From the IMG/VR virus record IMGVR_UViG_3300033747_000014: 64,000 nucleotides of DNA. One strand, written 5' to 3'. The notes below the pieces were generated by a model. It was not told the DNA's origin. It saw only the letters and a program-made list of their open reading frames with translations, and searched no databases. The stretch comes from a virus. Lineage: Duplodnaviria > Heunggongvirae > Uroviricota > Caudoviricetes. The stretch's first letter is position 1. Each line of letters opens with the position of its first letter. Below, one piece after another: positions 1 through 10,343 of the stretch. Made by a program: the position numbers and the translations under genes.

Positions 1-216
1 GTTTAAATATTTATTACAACAAATATAAACCATTTGTTTTAAATTACCAAATAATAATTGTTAAAAAAACAAAAATCCACTATCGGGAAATAGTGGATCT
101 CGTGAAAAATTTTAGAACGATTAATGTTATTAATTTATTTTAATATTTATCAATCATTATTATTTTAAATTTATTAATCGGGGGATCTTTATTGTCTATC
201 ATATCCATAATATTAA

Positions 217-462
217 TTAATCTTTTTTGTTAAATTTTCTCCATTGTTTACAAACATCATATCCTTCATAATCAGTCCATTTAGATGGTTCAATTTCTGA
301 ATCATATAATACATCAATTTCAATTGTACCATTTTCAGAGTTAAGTTTTGGAACACCTAATTGTGACATAATACCCTCTTTATTGAACAAATTATAATGT
401 TCATTAACATATTCGAAAAAATCCTCTAATAGAATTTCAATTTTACCTTCACCGTTTATCAT
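217..462 (-). CDS. hypothetical protein
   Basis: co-oriented ORF in tightly packed minus-strand block. Confidence 0.75.
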   Translation of the reverse strand: MINGEGKIEILLEDFFEYVNEHYNLFNKEGIMSQLGVPKLNSENGTIEIDVLYDSEIEPSKWTDYEGYDVCKQWRKFNKKD

Positions 463-463
463 A

Positions 464-856
464 TTATTTAGATTTTAGTTTAAAAATTTTTTTGATTTTT
501 GATTTAATATACCACCACTTCCAATAGAATTTTGGTGATCTTTTTATGTAATATTCAATTTTTAAATGATAAGAATCATCTACATTACCATTTTTTTCAA
601 GAGTTGTATCTTCATCAATAATTTTAAATCTTGTTGGAATGGGTATCTTTTTTTGTAAATCTTTTAAATGGTAATCAACCATGTTAGCAACAGCAACACC
701 ATTTTTAGCTTTAATTTTTTCATATTTACTAGGATATAATTTTTCAACATTCAGATACAATTTCTGACCTATATAGAAATTATCCACAGCATCAGCATAA
801 ATACTAAAAATGAAATCATCATTCTTCTTTTCAATAAAATGGATCGTTGTTTTCAT
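464..856 (-). CDS. hypothetical protein
   Basis: co-oriented ORF abutting its neighbours. Confidence 0.8.
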   Translation of the reverse strand: MKTTIHFIEKKNDDFIFSIYADAVDNFYIGQKLYLNVEKLYPSKYEKIKAKNGVAVANMVDYHLKDLQKKIPIPTRFKIIDEDTTLEKNGNVDDSYHLKIEYYIKRSPKFYWKWWYIKSKIKKIFKLKSK

Positions 857-857
857 A

Positions 858-1076
858 TTACCACTCTTTTGTTTTATATGTTAAAATTTCTTTGTCATAA
901 TTTTGATAAAGGTTAATCGTGTTGTATCCACCTTTACTTGTAGTTACATGAGCACTACCACAACTCAAGTTCTCAAACTTATCAAAAAGAATTGAAATAC
1001 AATTAATAGCTTGTTCATCTGTCATGTTTTCTACATCTTTTTTGAATTTGTCGATGTTAAATGTTTGTTTATCCAT
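858..1076 (-). CDS. hypothetical protein
   Basis: ORF just downstream of a TTTGG..TATATTTG promoter at ~1100-1135. Confidence 0.75.
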   Translation of the reverse strand: MDKQTFNIDKFKKDVENMTDEQAINCISILFDKFENLSCGSAHVTTSKGGYNTINLYQNYDKEILTYKTKEW

Positions 1077-1218
1077 ATTTATGTATGTTTTTAATTACAA
1101 TACAAATATAAGTGGATAATTTTAATTAACCAAATTTATTTAGTTAATAAATGTTAAATCAACATTTAATTTTATCAGAATCAACTTTTTTAATTTTAAA
1201 TTTATCACATTCATATAT

Positions 1219-1452
1219 CTACAATTTTGGGTGGATAGCAATAATATTATATTTACCATCACATGCAGCTTCCCTTGCATCCTCAATATTATTAAAAACT
1301 GGTAAATACCCTGCACAACCATTTAGTTTGGTTGTTATTTCCTCACCGCTAAATGGATCGTCATACTTTATTGTTGTAGTTAATTTAAGCACAGCAAATA
1401 GTGTTGAATTTATTTGAACATCATTATTATTTTCTTCGGCCATGCTATTCAT
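1219..1452 (-). CDS. hypothetical protein
   Basis: co-oriented ORF. Confidence 0.7.
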   Translation of the reverse strand: MNSMAEENNNDVQINSTLFAVLKLTTTIKYDDPFSGEEITTKLNGCAGYLPVFNNIEDAREAACDGKYNIIAIHPKL

Positions 1453-1660
1453 CTTTTAAATTTATTTTTTCAGCTAATAGATTGCCTAATCTAATATAAC
1501 ATTTTCCTAAATTATTTAACAATTCACAATACATCAAACTAGATTCATCATATTTTATTAAACCTAAATCAGTATGTTTAATTTCATCTCTAGTGTTTTG
1601 AATAAAAACATCCAATAGTTTAATTCTACTATCAATTAAAAACTGAATTTCTTTTTTCAT
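1445..1660 (-). CDS. hypothetical protein
   Basis: co-oriented ORF overlapping the next start. Confidence 0.7.
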   Translation of the reverse strand: MKKEIQFLIDSRIKLLDVFIQNTRDEIKHTDLGLIKYDESSLMYCELLNNLGKCYIRLGNLLAEKINLKDE

Positions 1661-1734
1661 ATTATTTTTGTATTAAAATATTCAACGTTGTGTTAAACAA
1701 TTAATAAATATTCATTTAATTTTATTTAAAAATA

Positions 1735-2334
1735 TTAAGAAGTCAGTTTATCATAATATTTAAAAACCTCATTCAATTGTTTTTCATCCTTAATTGAGTG
1801 TGTCCACCAATCACCATTTTCGTCAGGTGTTTTTTCATTTTTATCCAACCATCTATGATCAATAACATCTACGTAAAACGTTTTTGGAGTGAATGGAAAT
1901 TCTTTTATGTATTGAGCACTTCCAATATTCTCTCCATTGTGAGTTACACTTCCATTACCTGTAAATCTTCCACCAACATTTCCATCAAATACAATGGCTT
2001 CGATAAAATATGCTTGTCCATCCTCACCATTTTTAAAAACACGGCTATCTCGAATGTTTTGAAAAATTGATTTATCATCATTATATTCACTCATATCCAA
2101 CCACTCACCATCTTCACCTGTCAACGGTGCAAGTGTTTCAAACATCATTAATTTTTTTACAGCTTGAGATATCGCTGTTGCTGTAAATGGTGCAGAACCA
2201 CCACTTTGTCCACTTTTACCAAATGCTTCACATAAAGCAAGTATTTCGTTTTTAAATGGAATAACAATTGCATCTGGAGTTATTTTTTCGAGTAATTCCA
2301 ATTCTCGTTTTGCATGTAATTTTGAATTTGTCAT
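1735..2334 (-). CDS. conserved phage hypothetical protein
   Basis: 199 aa; motifs HAKRELELL, GQSGGSAP and PLTGEDGEW resemble a phage family of unknown function (from memory). Confidence 0.8.
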   Translation of the reverse strand: MTNSKLHAKRELELLEKITPDAIVIPFKNEILALCEAFGKSGQSGGSAPFTATAISQAVKKLMMFETLAPLTGEDGEWLDMSEYNDDKSIFQNIRDSRVFKNGEDGQAYFIEAIVFDGNVGGRFTGNGSVTHNGENIGSAQYIKEFPFTPKTFYVDVIDHRWLDKNEKTPDENGDWWTHSIKDEKQLNEVFKYYDKLTS

Positions 2335-2408
2335 ATATATAAATTTTAAATTTTTAAAACCAATCTTAAAAATGTTTTAGTAATTCTTCTATAAATTTAT
2401 CTCTTAAA

Positions 2409-2774
2409 TTATTTTTTGTTATCATAGTCAATTTTAAAATATTCCAAATTCCATTTGTTATCTTTTATTTGATCTCTATATTCTAATGCTTCTTCATATG
2501 ATTCAAACCATTTAATAATACTATCTTTATTTACAAAATCAATAACTACATGAGGTTTATAATAAACTTGATTATTATTGAATGTTAATGTTTTATCCAA
2601 ATCATCAATACTCATATAATTAAAACTCCAAACACTTTTTAATTTACCAATAAATTTCTTTTTTCCCCAGAAATTCTTGACATATTCAATATATTCATAA
2701 TGTGGATTTTTCTTAAAATCACTAACAAATATTGAAACTATTTTATCAAATTTATAATGTTTTTCTTTTTTCAT
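2409..2774 (-). CDS. hypothetical protein
   Basis: co-oriented ORF. Confidence 0.75.
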   Translation of the reverse strand: MKKEKHYKFDKIVSIFVSDFKKNPHYEYIEYVKNFWGKKKFIGKLKSVWSFNYMSIDDLDKTLTFNNNQVYYKPHVVIDFVNKDSIIKWFESYEEALEYRDQIKDNKWNLEYFKIDYDNKK

Positions 2775-2775
2775 A

Positions 2776-3168
2776 TTATTTTATATTATGTATTATTTCT
2801 AATGCTTCAAATAAACCATTTTCCAATGCTTCATCATGTTCTTTATATGATTCCATACTATCCTCGATACATTCATCATCTTTTAAATCTCTGATATTGT
2901 ACCACCATTCATCATAAATATAATAAACGAACACATGAATATTATATTCTTCTCTCAACCATTTAGACAATAATGATTGAGTAGGTGCTGGAATTGAATC
3001 AAATTCATTTGTTTCTTCTTTTCTATGTTTCAATTCTTCCAATATATCACCATCTAATTCACCTTTATAGTTGTAATAATGTTTTCCTTTAAACTTGCCA
3101 ATAACATCTTTAAAACCCGTTTTACAGGCTAAATTCGCTGTTTTATATGTTACAACTGTATCTTCCAT
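2776..3168 (-). CDS. conserved phage hypothetical protein (APTQSLLSKWLRE type)
   Basis: motif shared with the C-terminus of 22032..23084 and with 8353..8619. Confidence 0.8.
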   Translation of the reverse strand: MEDTVVTYKTANLACKTGFKDVIGKFKGKHYYNYKGELDGDILEELKHRKEETNEFDSIPAPTQSLLSKWLREEYNIHVFVYYIYDEWWYNIRDLKDDECIEDSMESYKEHDEALENGLFEALEIIHNIK

Positions 3169-3173
3169 CCTAT

Positions 3174-3485
3174 TTAATAATTTAATATATGTTTCACATT
3201 TTCAACTTTTGTATTTGGATCTTTTTTGTAGATTTCTAGAACCTGTTTTATTTGATCGATTGTTGGTGGATGGTAGTTATTATAAATTGCATTGCTTTTT
3301 ACTTGTTCCATGAAATTTTCAGGATTAATCTTATGACCAGATTCAAGTATTTTTTTTGAAGCATTCCATACAGTTAAAGAGTCTCTAACATATGTAAAAG
3401 TATCATCATCTTCAAATTTTATAATATAACCATATATTGGGATGTTACTAACACCTATAAAATAAATATAATCATCAATTTCCAT
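3174..3485 (-). CDS. hypothetical protein
   Basis: co-oriented ORF. Confidence 0.75.
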   Translation of the reverse strand: MEIDDYIYFIGVSNIPIYGYIIKFEDDDTFTYVRDSLTVWNASKKILESGHKINPENFMEQVKSNAIYNNYHPPTIDQIKQVLEIYKKDPNTKVENVKHILNY

Positions 3486-3489
3486 AATG

Positions 3490-3813
3490 TTAAAGTTTAT
3501 AACTATTATTTTCTAATGCAAACAAAAACCTTTCAATCAATTTAAAATCTGGTCTTGAATCTTCCCAATGATATTCATCATATTCACGGTCTATATACTT
3601 TTTAATATATCCCATAGTTAAAATATTGTTTTTTTTGAGATCGAAATTTGTTGTTAAAACACAATTATTATTGAAATAAACATTTATCCTATCTTTAGAT
3701 CCAGAATAAGATGTTACTTTTTTTATACCAGATAAAATACAATTATATAAATAATTGTTTAAAATTGGGTTAATTTTATATTTTTTTAAAAATCTCTTTT
3801 TTATATACTTCAT
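3490..3813 (-). CDS. hypothetical protein
   Basis: co-oriented ORF. Confidence 0.7.
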   Translation of the reverse strand: MKYIKKRFLKKYKINPILNNYLYNCILSGIKKVTSYSGSKDRINVYFNNNCVLTTNFDLKKNNILTMGYIKKYIDREYDEYHWEDSRPDFKLIERFLFALENNSYKL

Positions 3814-3825
3814 ACCAATATTTTT

Positions 3826-4152
3826 TTATTCATTTAAATTTTTAAGAATTTTATCAGCCCATCCATTGGCAACTTCATCAACCTTATTCTCAATATTCTT
3901 ACTTATTGTTTCTTGTAATTTATATTTTAATGCCCAATTATTACACAATAGTTTAATACTCATTTTAAATTCTTCTTTTACAAGTTCAGCAATTGTTTCT
4001 TCGAAATTATCGTCACTAAATAATTCATTAAAACCTCTTTCAATTCCGGCTTTTACACTATCCTCTATATGTTTATTATCAATTTGAACTTGTTGCAACA
4101 TTTTTTGTGCATTAATATCTAATTCTAATTTAATTTGTGTTAATCTTTCCAT
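3826..4152 (-). CDS. hypothetical helical protein
   Basis: co-oriented ORF. Confidence 0.75.
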   Translation of the reverse strand: MERLTQIKLELDINAQKMLQQVQIDNKHIEDSVKAGIERGFNELFSDDNFEETIAELVKEEFKMSIKLLCNNWALKYKLQETISKNIENKVDEVANGWADKILKNLNE

Positions 4153-4164
4153 AATTAATTTATT

Positions 4165-4530
4165 TTACATACTATAACTAAATTGAAAATATTCTTTTTC
4201 ATTTAATTGAATACTAATGGTTCCTGCAAATTCATCACCCAAATAACCACCATTAGTTGTTTGGTTAACCCATTGACCTTTTAATGCATTAAAATCAGAT
4301 TCTTCTTGATAATTACCTTTTGGTTTATTTGTGATAATATAATCATAAGTATATTCAGAGCATTCAATAGAAAATAAAACGTCTTCATACTCATCATTAT
4401 TTAATTGAGATTTAACATATTCTAGAACATTCTTTTTGTTTTCATCTTCTTTTCGTTCTAATTCAATCAGTTCTTTATATAACCTTGAATCATCCATATC
4501 CATATAGAATTCATAATCATTATTATACAT
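4165..4530 (-). CDS. hypothetical acidic protein
   Basis: co-oriented ORF. Confidence 0.75.
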   Translation of the reverse strand: MYNNDYEFYMDMDDSRLYKELIELERKEDENKKNVLEYVKSQLNNDEYEDVLFSIECSEYTYDYIITNKPKGNYQEESDFNALKGQWVNQTTNGGYLGDEFAGTISIQLNEKEYFQFSYSM

Positions 4531-4533
4531 ACC

Positions 4534-5067
4534 TTATATTTTAAATTTATTATTTAAATATTGAACATCAACATATTGTCTTATTGCCTTTTCAATATGT
4601 GTTGCTTCCCAAATAATATCTGTATCTCTAGGATTGAATTCTTGTAATTCATCCCAATTATATTTATGTGCTTTGAAAAGATCCGTTACATATCCACATC
4701 CATTTTTCGCCCACCATAAAACCGCATTACCAACATAACTACGATTATCTTGTACGTAATAATATTTGTCTTTTGGGAGAAGCTTAATTTTATTTTTTCT
4801 TTCAATCTCTTTTAATTTAAATCTTTTTATATGTTCACCATAATAATCAATAACATCAAAATTTTTATTTCTTTTAATTTTTACATTAAGAAAATCAACA
4901 TCTTTATTATTGATTGTTTTTGCATTATCAATAATTAAGATGTTAGTTGCTTTATATTTTGCTTCACCTCTTGAACCATAAATAACACCATAATGTTCAT
5001 AGTACCAAGGTTCATCTAAATTAGATGTATCAATTGACCAAGCTTTTTTTATTATGTTGTATTTCAT
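4534..5067 (-). CDS. conserved phage hypothetical protein
   Basis: 177 aa; own promoter (TTTGG..TATGTTTG) at ~5096-5128; YVGNAVLWWAKNGCGYVTDLFKAH motif. Confidence 0.8.
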   Translation of the reverse strand: MKYNIIKKAWSIDTSNLDEPWYYEHYGVIYGSRGEAKYKATNILIIDNAKTINNKDVDFLNVKIKRNKNFDVIDYYGEHIKRFKLKEIERKNKIKLLPKDKYYYVQDNRSYVGNAVLWWAKNGCGYVTDLFKAHKYNWDELQEFNPRDTDIIWEATHIEKAIRQYVDVQYLNNKFKI

Positions 5068-5184
5068 TTTTAAATTGGTTTTACATTTTCTTTATGCAAA
5101 CATAATCCATTTATTTTATTTATCCAAATATTTTTGATTTTTATTTTTATTTGTTTTATATTTGCAAGTAAATAATATATAAAT

Positions 5185-5265
5185 ATGAAAGTTATGATTG
5201 AAGATAAGATTAGTTTTGAATATATTATAGATTTAATTAAAAATAAGAAATTAAGGATAAAATAA
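5185..5265 (+). CDS. 26-aa counter-oriented micro-protein MKVMIEDKISFEYIIDLIKNKKLRIK
   Basis: TTTG (5133), 20-nt spacer, TATATTTG (5157) upstream; palindromic terminator downstream. Confidence 0.5.
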   Translation: MKVMIEDKISFEYIIDLIKNKKLRIK

Positions 5266-5310
5266 ATAAAAAACCCTTTCTAAATTAATTTAGAAAGGGT
5301 TTTTTATTTA
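5263..5310. terminator. bidirectional intrinsic terminator, 48-bp perfect palindrome
   Basis: TAAATAAAAAACCCTTTCTAAATTAATTTAGAAAGGGTTTTTTATTTA. Confidence 0.85.
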
Positions 5311-5982
5311 TTAAAGTTCTAAAATATATGGTTCCATTTTATCTCCAGTATCACAGAATAATAAATTACCAATATATTCAATATTTTGACCTACTGTATG
5401 ACCAATAATTTGATTATAATCTTTTAATGGATCATTAGTTAAATCATATTTATCAGCCCAAAATATTCCACCAGTAGGGTGACCACCACCTCTTCGAATA
5501 CCAACATCAAATAATGGTTCATATTTACGTTTAAATGCTTCATTTATTTGTTCATCAATTGGTTTATGGGTTAAACCATGAAAACGATTATCAAACCAAT
5601 CTTGTGTTATTCCGGCATGTGAGAAGATGTTATTATCTATTTGATAACATGCTTGGAATAAATCTTTATTATTGTTAAATAAATCATATAAATCAAAATG
5701 CATTTCGGGTCTATATCCTGAACACCCATAAGGATTATTCCAATCATTAGGATGAGCCAACATATATTGATTATCATGATTACCAGTTAATGTAATAACT
5801 TTATCAACATTTTCTTTTTTAAATTTAATAATTTCTTTTAAATTATTAAAAATTTCCACATTAGTTTTTATGTATGAATCAACATAATCACCTAAGAATA
5901 CAACAAGATCGTAATCTAGTTTCTTAACGTGTTTTTTCCATTCATTTCTACCATGAATATCAGCAATTATTAGTACTTTCAT
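5311..5982 (-). CDS. calcineurin-like metallophosphoesterase
   Basis: motifs DIHG, GDYVD, GNHD, HAG and GHT in canonical order. Confidence 0.92.
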   Translation of the reverse strand: MKVLIIADIHGRNEWKKHVKKLDYDLVVFLGDYVDSYIKTNVEIFNNLKEIIKFKKENVDKVITLTGNHDNQYMLAHPNDWNNPYGCSGYRPEMHFDLYDLFNNNKDLFQACYQIDNNIFSHAGITQDWFDNRFHGLTHKPIDEQINEAFKRKYEPLFDVGIRRGGGHPTGGIFWADKYDLTNDPLKDYNQIIGHTVGQNIEYIGNLLFCDTGDKMEPYILEL

Positions 5983-6169
5983 ATTTTTTTGATTTTTTAT
6001 GTTTCTTTAAAATTTTTCTCCAAACAGTAATATAATTTTTATGGGTAAATTCAAATGCAATACCTTTATTTACACCAATAATATTACCATATATTTCTTT
6101 ATCTGCGAATAAAATTACTTGATATTCATCATTAGGTAACCTTATTGATTTGTATTTTTTAAAAATCAT
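5960..6169 (-). CDS. hypothetical protein
   Basis: start trimmed to MIFKKY. Confidence 0.65.
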   Translation of the reverse strand: MIFKKYKSIRLPNDEYQVILFADKEIYGNIIGVNKGIAFEFTHKNYITVWRKILKKHKKSKKYESTNNC

Positions 6170-6170
6170 A

Positions 6171-6902
6171 TTAAATCCCTCCACTCATCATTCGTTCAAT
6201 TTTTTTCTCCACACTTATACATGCAGTTAAATAAGCATTCATTTGATCTTCACTCCACCATTCGAAAGACATATTTTTTAATCTGGTAATATAATCTCTA
6301 AGTTCATTAATAGTGTTAAAATCCCATTTAATATTATCATAATTAATTATGATAAATCCGTTTGAATCTATATTGGGGTAACTCCAATATTCAGTTTGAT
6401 TATAATCTAATTCTGGATGATGTTCATAATCATCAATATATTCAACAGGAACTGATTTAAGTGTACTTCTTTTATTCCATTCATTAATATAAATATTAAG
6501 AAATGATAATGGTATTTTAAATTTAATTATTGTATTATCTGTACTGGCTATAACCTTTTTACATTTATTAATATCCAAATAATAATACTCCACATTATCA
6601 GAATCACATACATATAATTGATTTGAGGTTATTTTAAGAACCCTTAAAATAGTATTGAGGTAATTACCCTCTTCACTATCAACGTGCTTTGATAACGCAT
6701 TATCTTTACAATAAACCCAATCATTAACTTCAATATTATCATCACTAACAACAAATAAATGTTGGTTTTCATGATAGTTAAAAATATCTTTATTTAATGA
6801 TAAAAAATCTGGGATAAAATCATCATTAAAATACATAGTGATTTGGTTGTTTTGTTTATTCGTTTCCAACATCACCAATTCACATTGTTTATTTCTAGTC
6901 AT
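6171..6902 (-). CDS. hypothetical protein, paralog of 22032 and 23259
   Basis: shared HLF.VSDD.I.V.D.V and KVIASTD-like motifs. Confidence 0.8.
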   Translation of the reverse strand: MTRNKQCELVMLETNKQNNQITMYFNDDFIPDFLSLNKDIFNYHENQHLFVVSDDNIEVNDWVYCKDNALSKHVDSEEGNYLNTILRVLKITSNQLYVCDSDNVEYYYLDINKCKKVIASTDNTIIKFKIPLSFLNIYINEWNKRSTLKSVPVEYIDDYEHHPELDYNQTEYWSYPNIDSNGFIIINYDNIKWDFNTINELRDYITRLKNMSFEWWSEDQMNAYLTACISVEKKIERMMSGGI

Positions 6903-6983
6903 ATAAAATCAATTATTAAATGCATTATAAATATCTTTTAATTCTTTCAATGTTCCTTTTAAAATTAAAATTTTTCATGATTT

Positions 6984-7211
6984 TTATATTTTTTCACGTT
7001 TATAATAAATCCTAATAAATTTACCATCATCAGGATCAATATAATTCATAGGATCTAATATTCTAATAATTTCCCAACCATTAGAACCCATATGATTAAT
7101 CAAACTAGTTTCATCTTCATCAAACATATCATGATCTATAACCCTATATTCATAGATTGGTTGATCTAATTCAACAATATCTTCTTTCTCTGGTCTATTT
7201 CTACCTCTCAT
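6984..7211 (-). CDS. hypothetical protein
   Basis: start trimmed to MRGRNR. Confidence 0.65.
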   Translation of the reverse strand: MRGRNRPEKEDIVELDQPIYEYRVIDHDMFDEDETSLINHMGSNGWEIIRILDPMNYIDPDDGKFIRIYYKREKI

Positions 7212-7376
7212 AACAATAAATTTATGTTGCAATTTTTTTACATAAGTAATTCCAATTAGGTGAGTCATTTACCAGAAGTTCAAATTGATTTCTTGCTTCT
7301 TCAATTGAAGAACAATGATAAACAAATATTTGTACTCTGGTATAGATGTGTTGAAAAACATGTGCTTCGTTCATAA

Positions 7377-7610
7377 TTATTTATTTTTCAAATAAAAGAA
7401 ATCGAAAGATTGAGAATTGTTTAAACTTTGAGTAACAAAAAAATAAACTTTATGCTTTAATTTGTTTTTTATTAAAATCCATATAAACCCCCAAGTAATT
7501 TCAGTAATTGGTAATTGTTCATCTTTAATTTTTCCATCATACGACAGAATATTTTTATGATGAGAACCTAAATTAACTTTGAAATCGTTTCTATAATGTA
7601 TTTTAATCAT
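7377..7610 (-). CDS. hypothetical protein
   Basis: co-oriented ORF. Confidence 0.65.
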   Translation of the reverse strand: MIKIHYRNDFKVNLGSHHKNILSYDGKIKDEQLPITEITWGFIWILIKNKLKHKVYFFVTQSLNNSQSFDFFYLKNK

Positions 7611-7613
7611 AAT

Positions 7614-8276
7614 TTATTGTTTTTTTATAATTTTAACAATATCACTAGTAACAACCATTTGACTATTTCTTTCTTCATACTCTTTTTTCTTTTGAAATGC
7701 TTCGTGTTCAGTTTTAGCATTAAAAGATATTGTAGTCTTAATCATTTCTTTTGGATCAACACCCCTCTTTACTTTTTTTGGGTATTTATTAAAATCATAA
7801 GCTTTAAAAGTATATTCTTTTTCAGGTACATCATCCATTCTCAACATATTGAAAATAATATCATGTTGTTTTGAATTTGAACACCATTCACCTTCAAGTG
7901 AAATTATATCATTATGCTTAAAATTTTCTTTTTTTAAGAATGAATCGTAAGGATTTGCAAAATCAATTAAATAACATCCAATATAACCAGTAGAGGACAT
8001 ATTATTATTATAATTTAATTGGGAGATATAAACATATTGTTTATATTGAACACCAAGTTGAGATAATCTATAAACAATCAAATATTTACCCTTCAACCAT
8101 TTATTGATTGTTCTATTAACAAACACATGTCTTTGAGAGTAAACAATATCAGGATTATTTTCATCATATCCTTTATATATTTGCTCTGACTCATTAATAG
8201 AATACCCACCATTTAATCTTTCCAAAATATCAAAGAATTTTTTTACTCTTTCGGTGTTAAATAATTTAGTTTCCAT
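7614..8276 (-). CDS. hypothetical protein
   Basis: start trimmed to METKLF; the longer ORF overlaps the promoter. Confidence 0.8.
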   Translation of the reverse strand: METKLFNTERVKKFFDILERLNGGYSINESEQIYKGYDENNPDIVYSQRHVFVNRTINKWLKGKYLIVYRLSQLGVQYKQYVYISQLNYNNNMSSTGYIGCYLIDFANPYDSFLKKENFKHNDIISLEGEWCSNSKQHDIIFNMLRMDDVPEKEYTFKAYDFNKYPKKVKRGVDPKEMIKTTISFNAKTEHEAFQKKKEYEERNSQMVVTSDIVKIIKKQ

Positions 8277-8352
8277 CTTTGTTTTATTTTTAAGTTCAAT
8301 GCAAATATATAAGAAAAACATTTACCAACCAAATAATATTAGTTAATAAATG

Positions 8353-8619
8353 TTAAATTGACTTTAAAAATTTATTGGTTTGTTCTTTTGTGGGTGCTGA
8401 ATATATAAATTCATCATATTTATTATGATTCATCCTTCTTTTATTCATCTTAACTCTTTTCAAACCCCTTTCAACAAAAGCAATTTTTGAAGTATCCAAC
8501 CAATAATAATAAGTTGGTTCATTAAATCCTAAAGATTTTAAATGTTTAGAGGTTTCTAAATCAGCAACATCTAAACCATCATAACCAACACTATATATAA
8601 AATTTGGGATATTATTCAT
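8353..8619 (-). CDS. hypothetical protein
   Basis: LKSLGF..P..YY...SAPT motif shared with 2776 and 22032. Confidence 0.75.
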   Translation of the reverse strand: MNNIPNFIYSVGYDGLDVADLETSKHLKSLGFNEPTYYYWLDTSKIAFVERGLKRVKMNKRRMNHNKYDEFIYSAPTKEQTNKFLKSI

Positions 8620-8836
8620 ATTTAATAAAACAACTATCTGTTTGAAAAACTTTGGCTATAAGACTTGTTGAACCGGAGGATTCTCTTTCAGTTAAATTAA
8701 TTTCATCTAATGAAAATTCACAATATTTACCACTATCTAAAGCTGTACCAGTAATTTCAAATACAGGTTTAACATCTTTCAATAACTTTTTTAAAAGTTT
8801 AAATTTCTCTTCATAAGTTAATTCATTGATTTCCAT
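8612..8836 (-). CDS. hypothetical protein
   Basis: co-oriented ORF. Confidence 0.7.
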   Translation of the reverse strand: MEINELTYEEKFKLLKKLLKDVKPVFEITGTALDSGKYCEFSLDEINLTERESSGSTSLIAKVFQTDSCFIKYE

Positions 8837-8847
8837 ATTTTTTTAAT

Positions 8848-9069
8848 TTAAATTAAAGAATACATTAACTTTTCAAGTTGTAAAACCAATTCCTTTTGTT
8901 CTGTGGATAATGGCTTAATTAGTTTATGTTGACCAGATCTAATTGCATCTTCGGTTCTTATTGATGGTTCACCTGTTTCGATTATACCAAGCCGACATGA
9001 GATACAATAATATAATTGTTCAACTAAATCACGATCTAATTCTTTATCGTTTACTATTACTTTATTCAT
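8848..9069 (-). CDS. hypothetical protein
   Basis: co-oriented ORF. Confidence 0.7.
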   Translation of the reverse strand: MNKVIVNDKELDRDLVEQLYYCISCRLGIIETGEPSIRTEDAIRSGQHKLIKPLSTEQKELVLQLEKLMYSLI

Positions 9070-9082
9070 ATTTTAATTTATT

Positions 9083-9319
9083 TTAGGAACGTTTGCTTTT
9101 TAAATAATGTTCAATATAAATACGTTCTGCTTTTTTTAAAACATCTTCTTCTGTTAAACCAGAACTCCAAAGACCGCTATAATTATCATCATTATAACCA
9201 ATTGACATGCCAGTGACTCTTGGCTTATCAGTTAATCCACGTGTTTCAGTTGTAACACTACGAATATTTATTTGATTTCTACCTCTTCGTCTGAGTTTTT
9301 TTAATAGTTTTACTTTCAT
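9083..9319 (-). CDS. hypothetical basic protein
   Basis: start trimmed to MKVKLLKK, downstream of a promoter. Confidence 0.7.
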   Translation of the reverse strand: MKVKLLKKLRRRGRNQINIRSVTTETRGLTDKPRVTGMSIGYNDDNYSGLWSSGLTEEDVLKKAERIYIEHYLKSKRS

Positions 9320-9501
9320 AAAAACATTATTTAATTTTAACAATATTACAAATATATAAAAAAAAACAACAACCAACCAAATAATATTAGTTAATTGTTG
9401 TTAAATAATAAAATATGGTTAAGGAAGTATACACAAAACCCCCACTCTATATCTTTTATATGGGTCATAGAATCCCTTTTAATGTGCATTTACCATGTTC
9501 A

Positions 9502-9690
9502 TTAAAAATTCTTCGTAAGAATATATTGATGTAGTTTTGAATAATCAATCATGTAGAGATCTGGTTCTTTTATATTTGTAAATGTTTCGATAATGTTTAA
9601 GAATTTTTTTATAGGAATATCTAACTCTGTTACCTCTAAAAACGAAATTCTAAATTCTTCTAATTTTATATAAAATCTCAATTTTTCCAT
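9502..9690 (-). CDS. hypothetical protein
   Basis: co-oriented ORF. Confidence 0.6.
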   Translation of the reverse strand: MEKLRFYIKLEEFRISFLEVTELDIPIKKFLNIIETFTNIKEPDLYMIDYSKLHQYILTKNF

Positions 9691-9878
9691 TATTTATTTT
9701 TTGTTATAGATAATCCAAAATAAAAATTAAGAATGGTTAAACCAAATCCATTTGCACCATAACCAAAAGTTAAAAGCATTAGAATATAATAACCACCATC
9801 AGAAATCCTCCAGTTATCTTTAAAATGAAAATTTACCGATTTATTTTTAAATTTAATTGTTTTTGAATAATTTTTCAT
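9690..9878 (-). CDS. hypothetical protein, possibly membrane
   Basis: hydrophobic C-terminal half. Confidence 0.6.
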   Translation of the reverse strand: MKNYSKTIKFKNKSVNFHFKDNWRISDGGYYILMLLTFGYGANGFGLTILNFYFGLSITKNK

Positions 9879-9880
9879 AT

Positions 9881-10060
9881 TTATAATTTAATAATACTAT
9901 GATTACCATTCATAACTGTAACCAATTTATATTGTTTCTTAGTAATCTCCATTCTAATGCTTTGTCTTTTTGTTAATTGCTCCCAAGCATCTTCTTCACT
10001 ATCAGCAGAAACTAAATAGTAATGACGACCATGTTTAAAAACAAATAAAATCCAATCCAT
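9881..10060 (-). CDS. hypothetical protein
   Basis: start trimmed to MDWILF; the upstream part overlaps 10071..10340. Confidence 0.6.
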   Translation of the reverse strand: MDWILFVFKHGRHYYLVSADSEEDAWEQLTKRQSIRMEITKKQYKLVTVMNGNHSIIKL

Positions 10061-10070
10061 AATTTTAAAT

Positions 10071-10340
10071 TTAAAATAATGAGTAATCATTTGTATAAAC
10101 CATTTGAGGTTTATTACCAATAAAACTATCTCTAATTGATTCTTTATAAGGTTCTTTTTCAAAATCATTGTCTTCCCAAACATTAATAGTTTTTTCATCC
10201 CATTCAGATTCAGGGATTTCTTCAACTTTCTCAATATTTATTTCACCCACTTCTTCAAACAATGATTCTTTGGCTTCTTCTTCTGAATTACCAGAATAAG
10301 CATAATAATATCTATCGGAATAAAATTTAAAAACTTTCAT
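10071..10340 (-). CDS. hypothetical acidic protein
   Basis: co-oriented ORF. Confidence 0.75.
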   Translation of the reverse strand: MKVFKFYSDRYYYAYSGNSEEEAKESLFEEVGEINIEKVEEIPESEWDEKTINVWEDNDFEKEPYKESIRDSFIGNKPQMVYTNDYSLF

Positions 10341-10343
10341 ATC

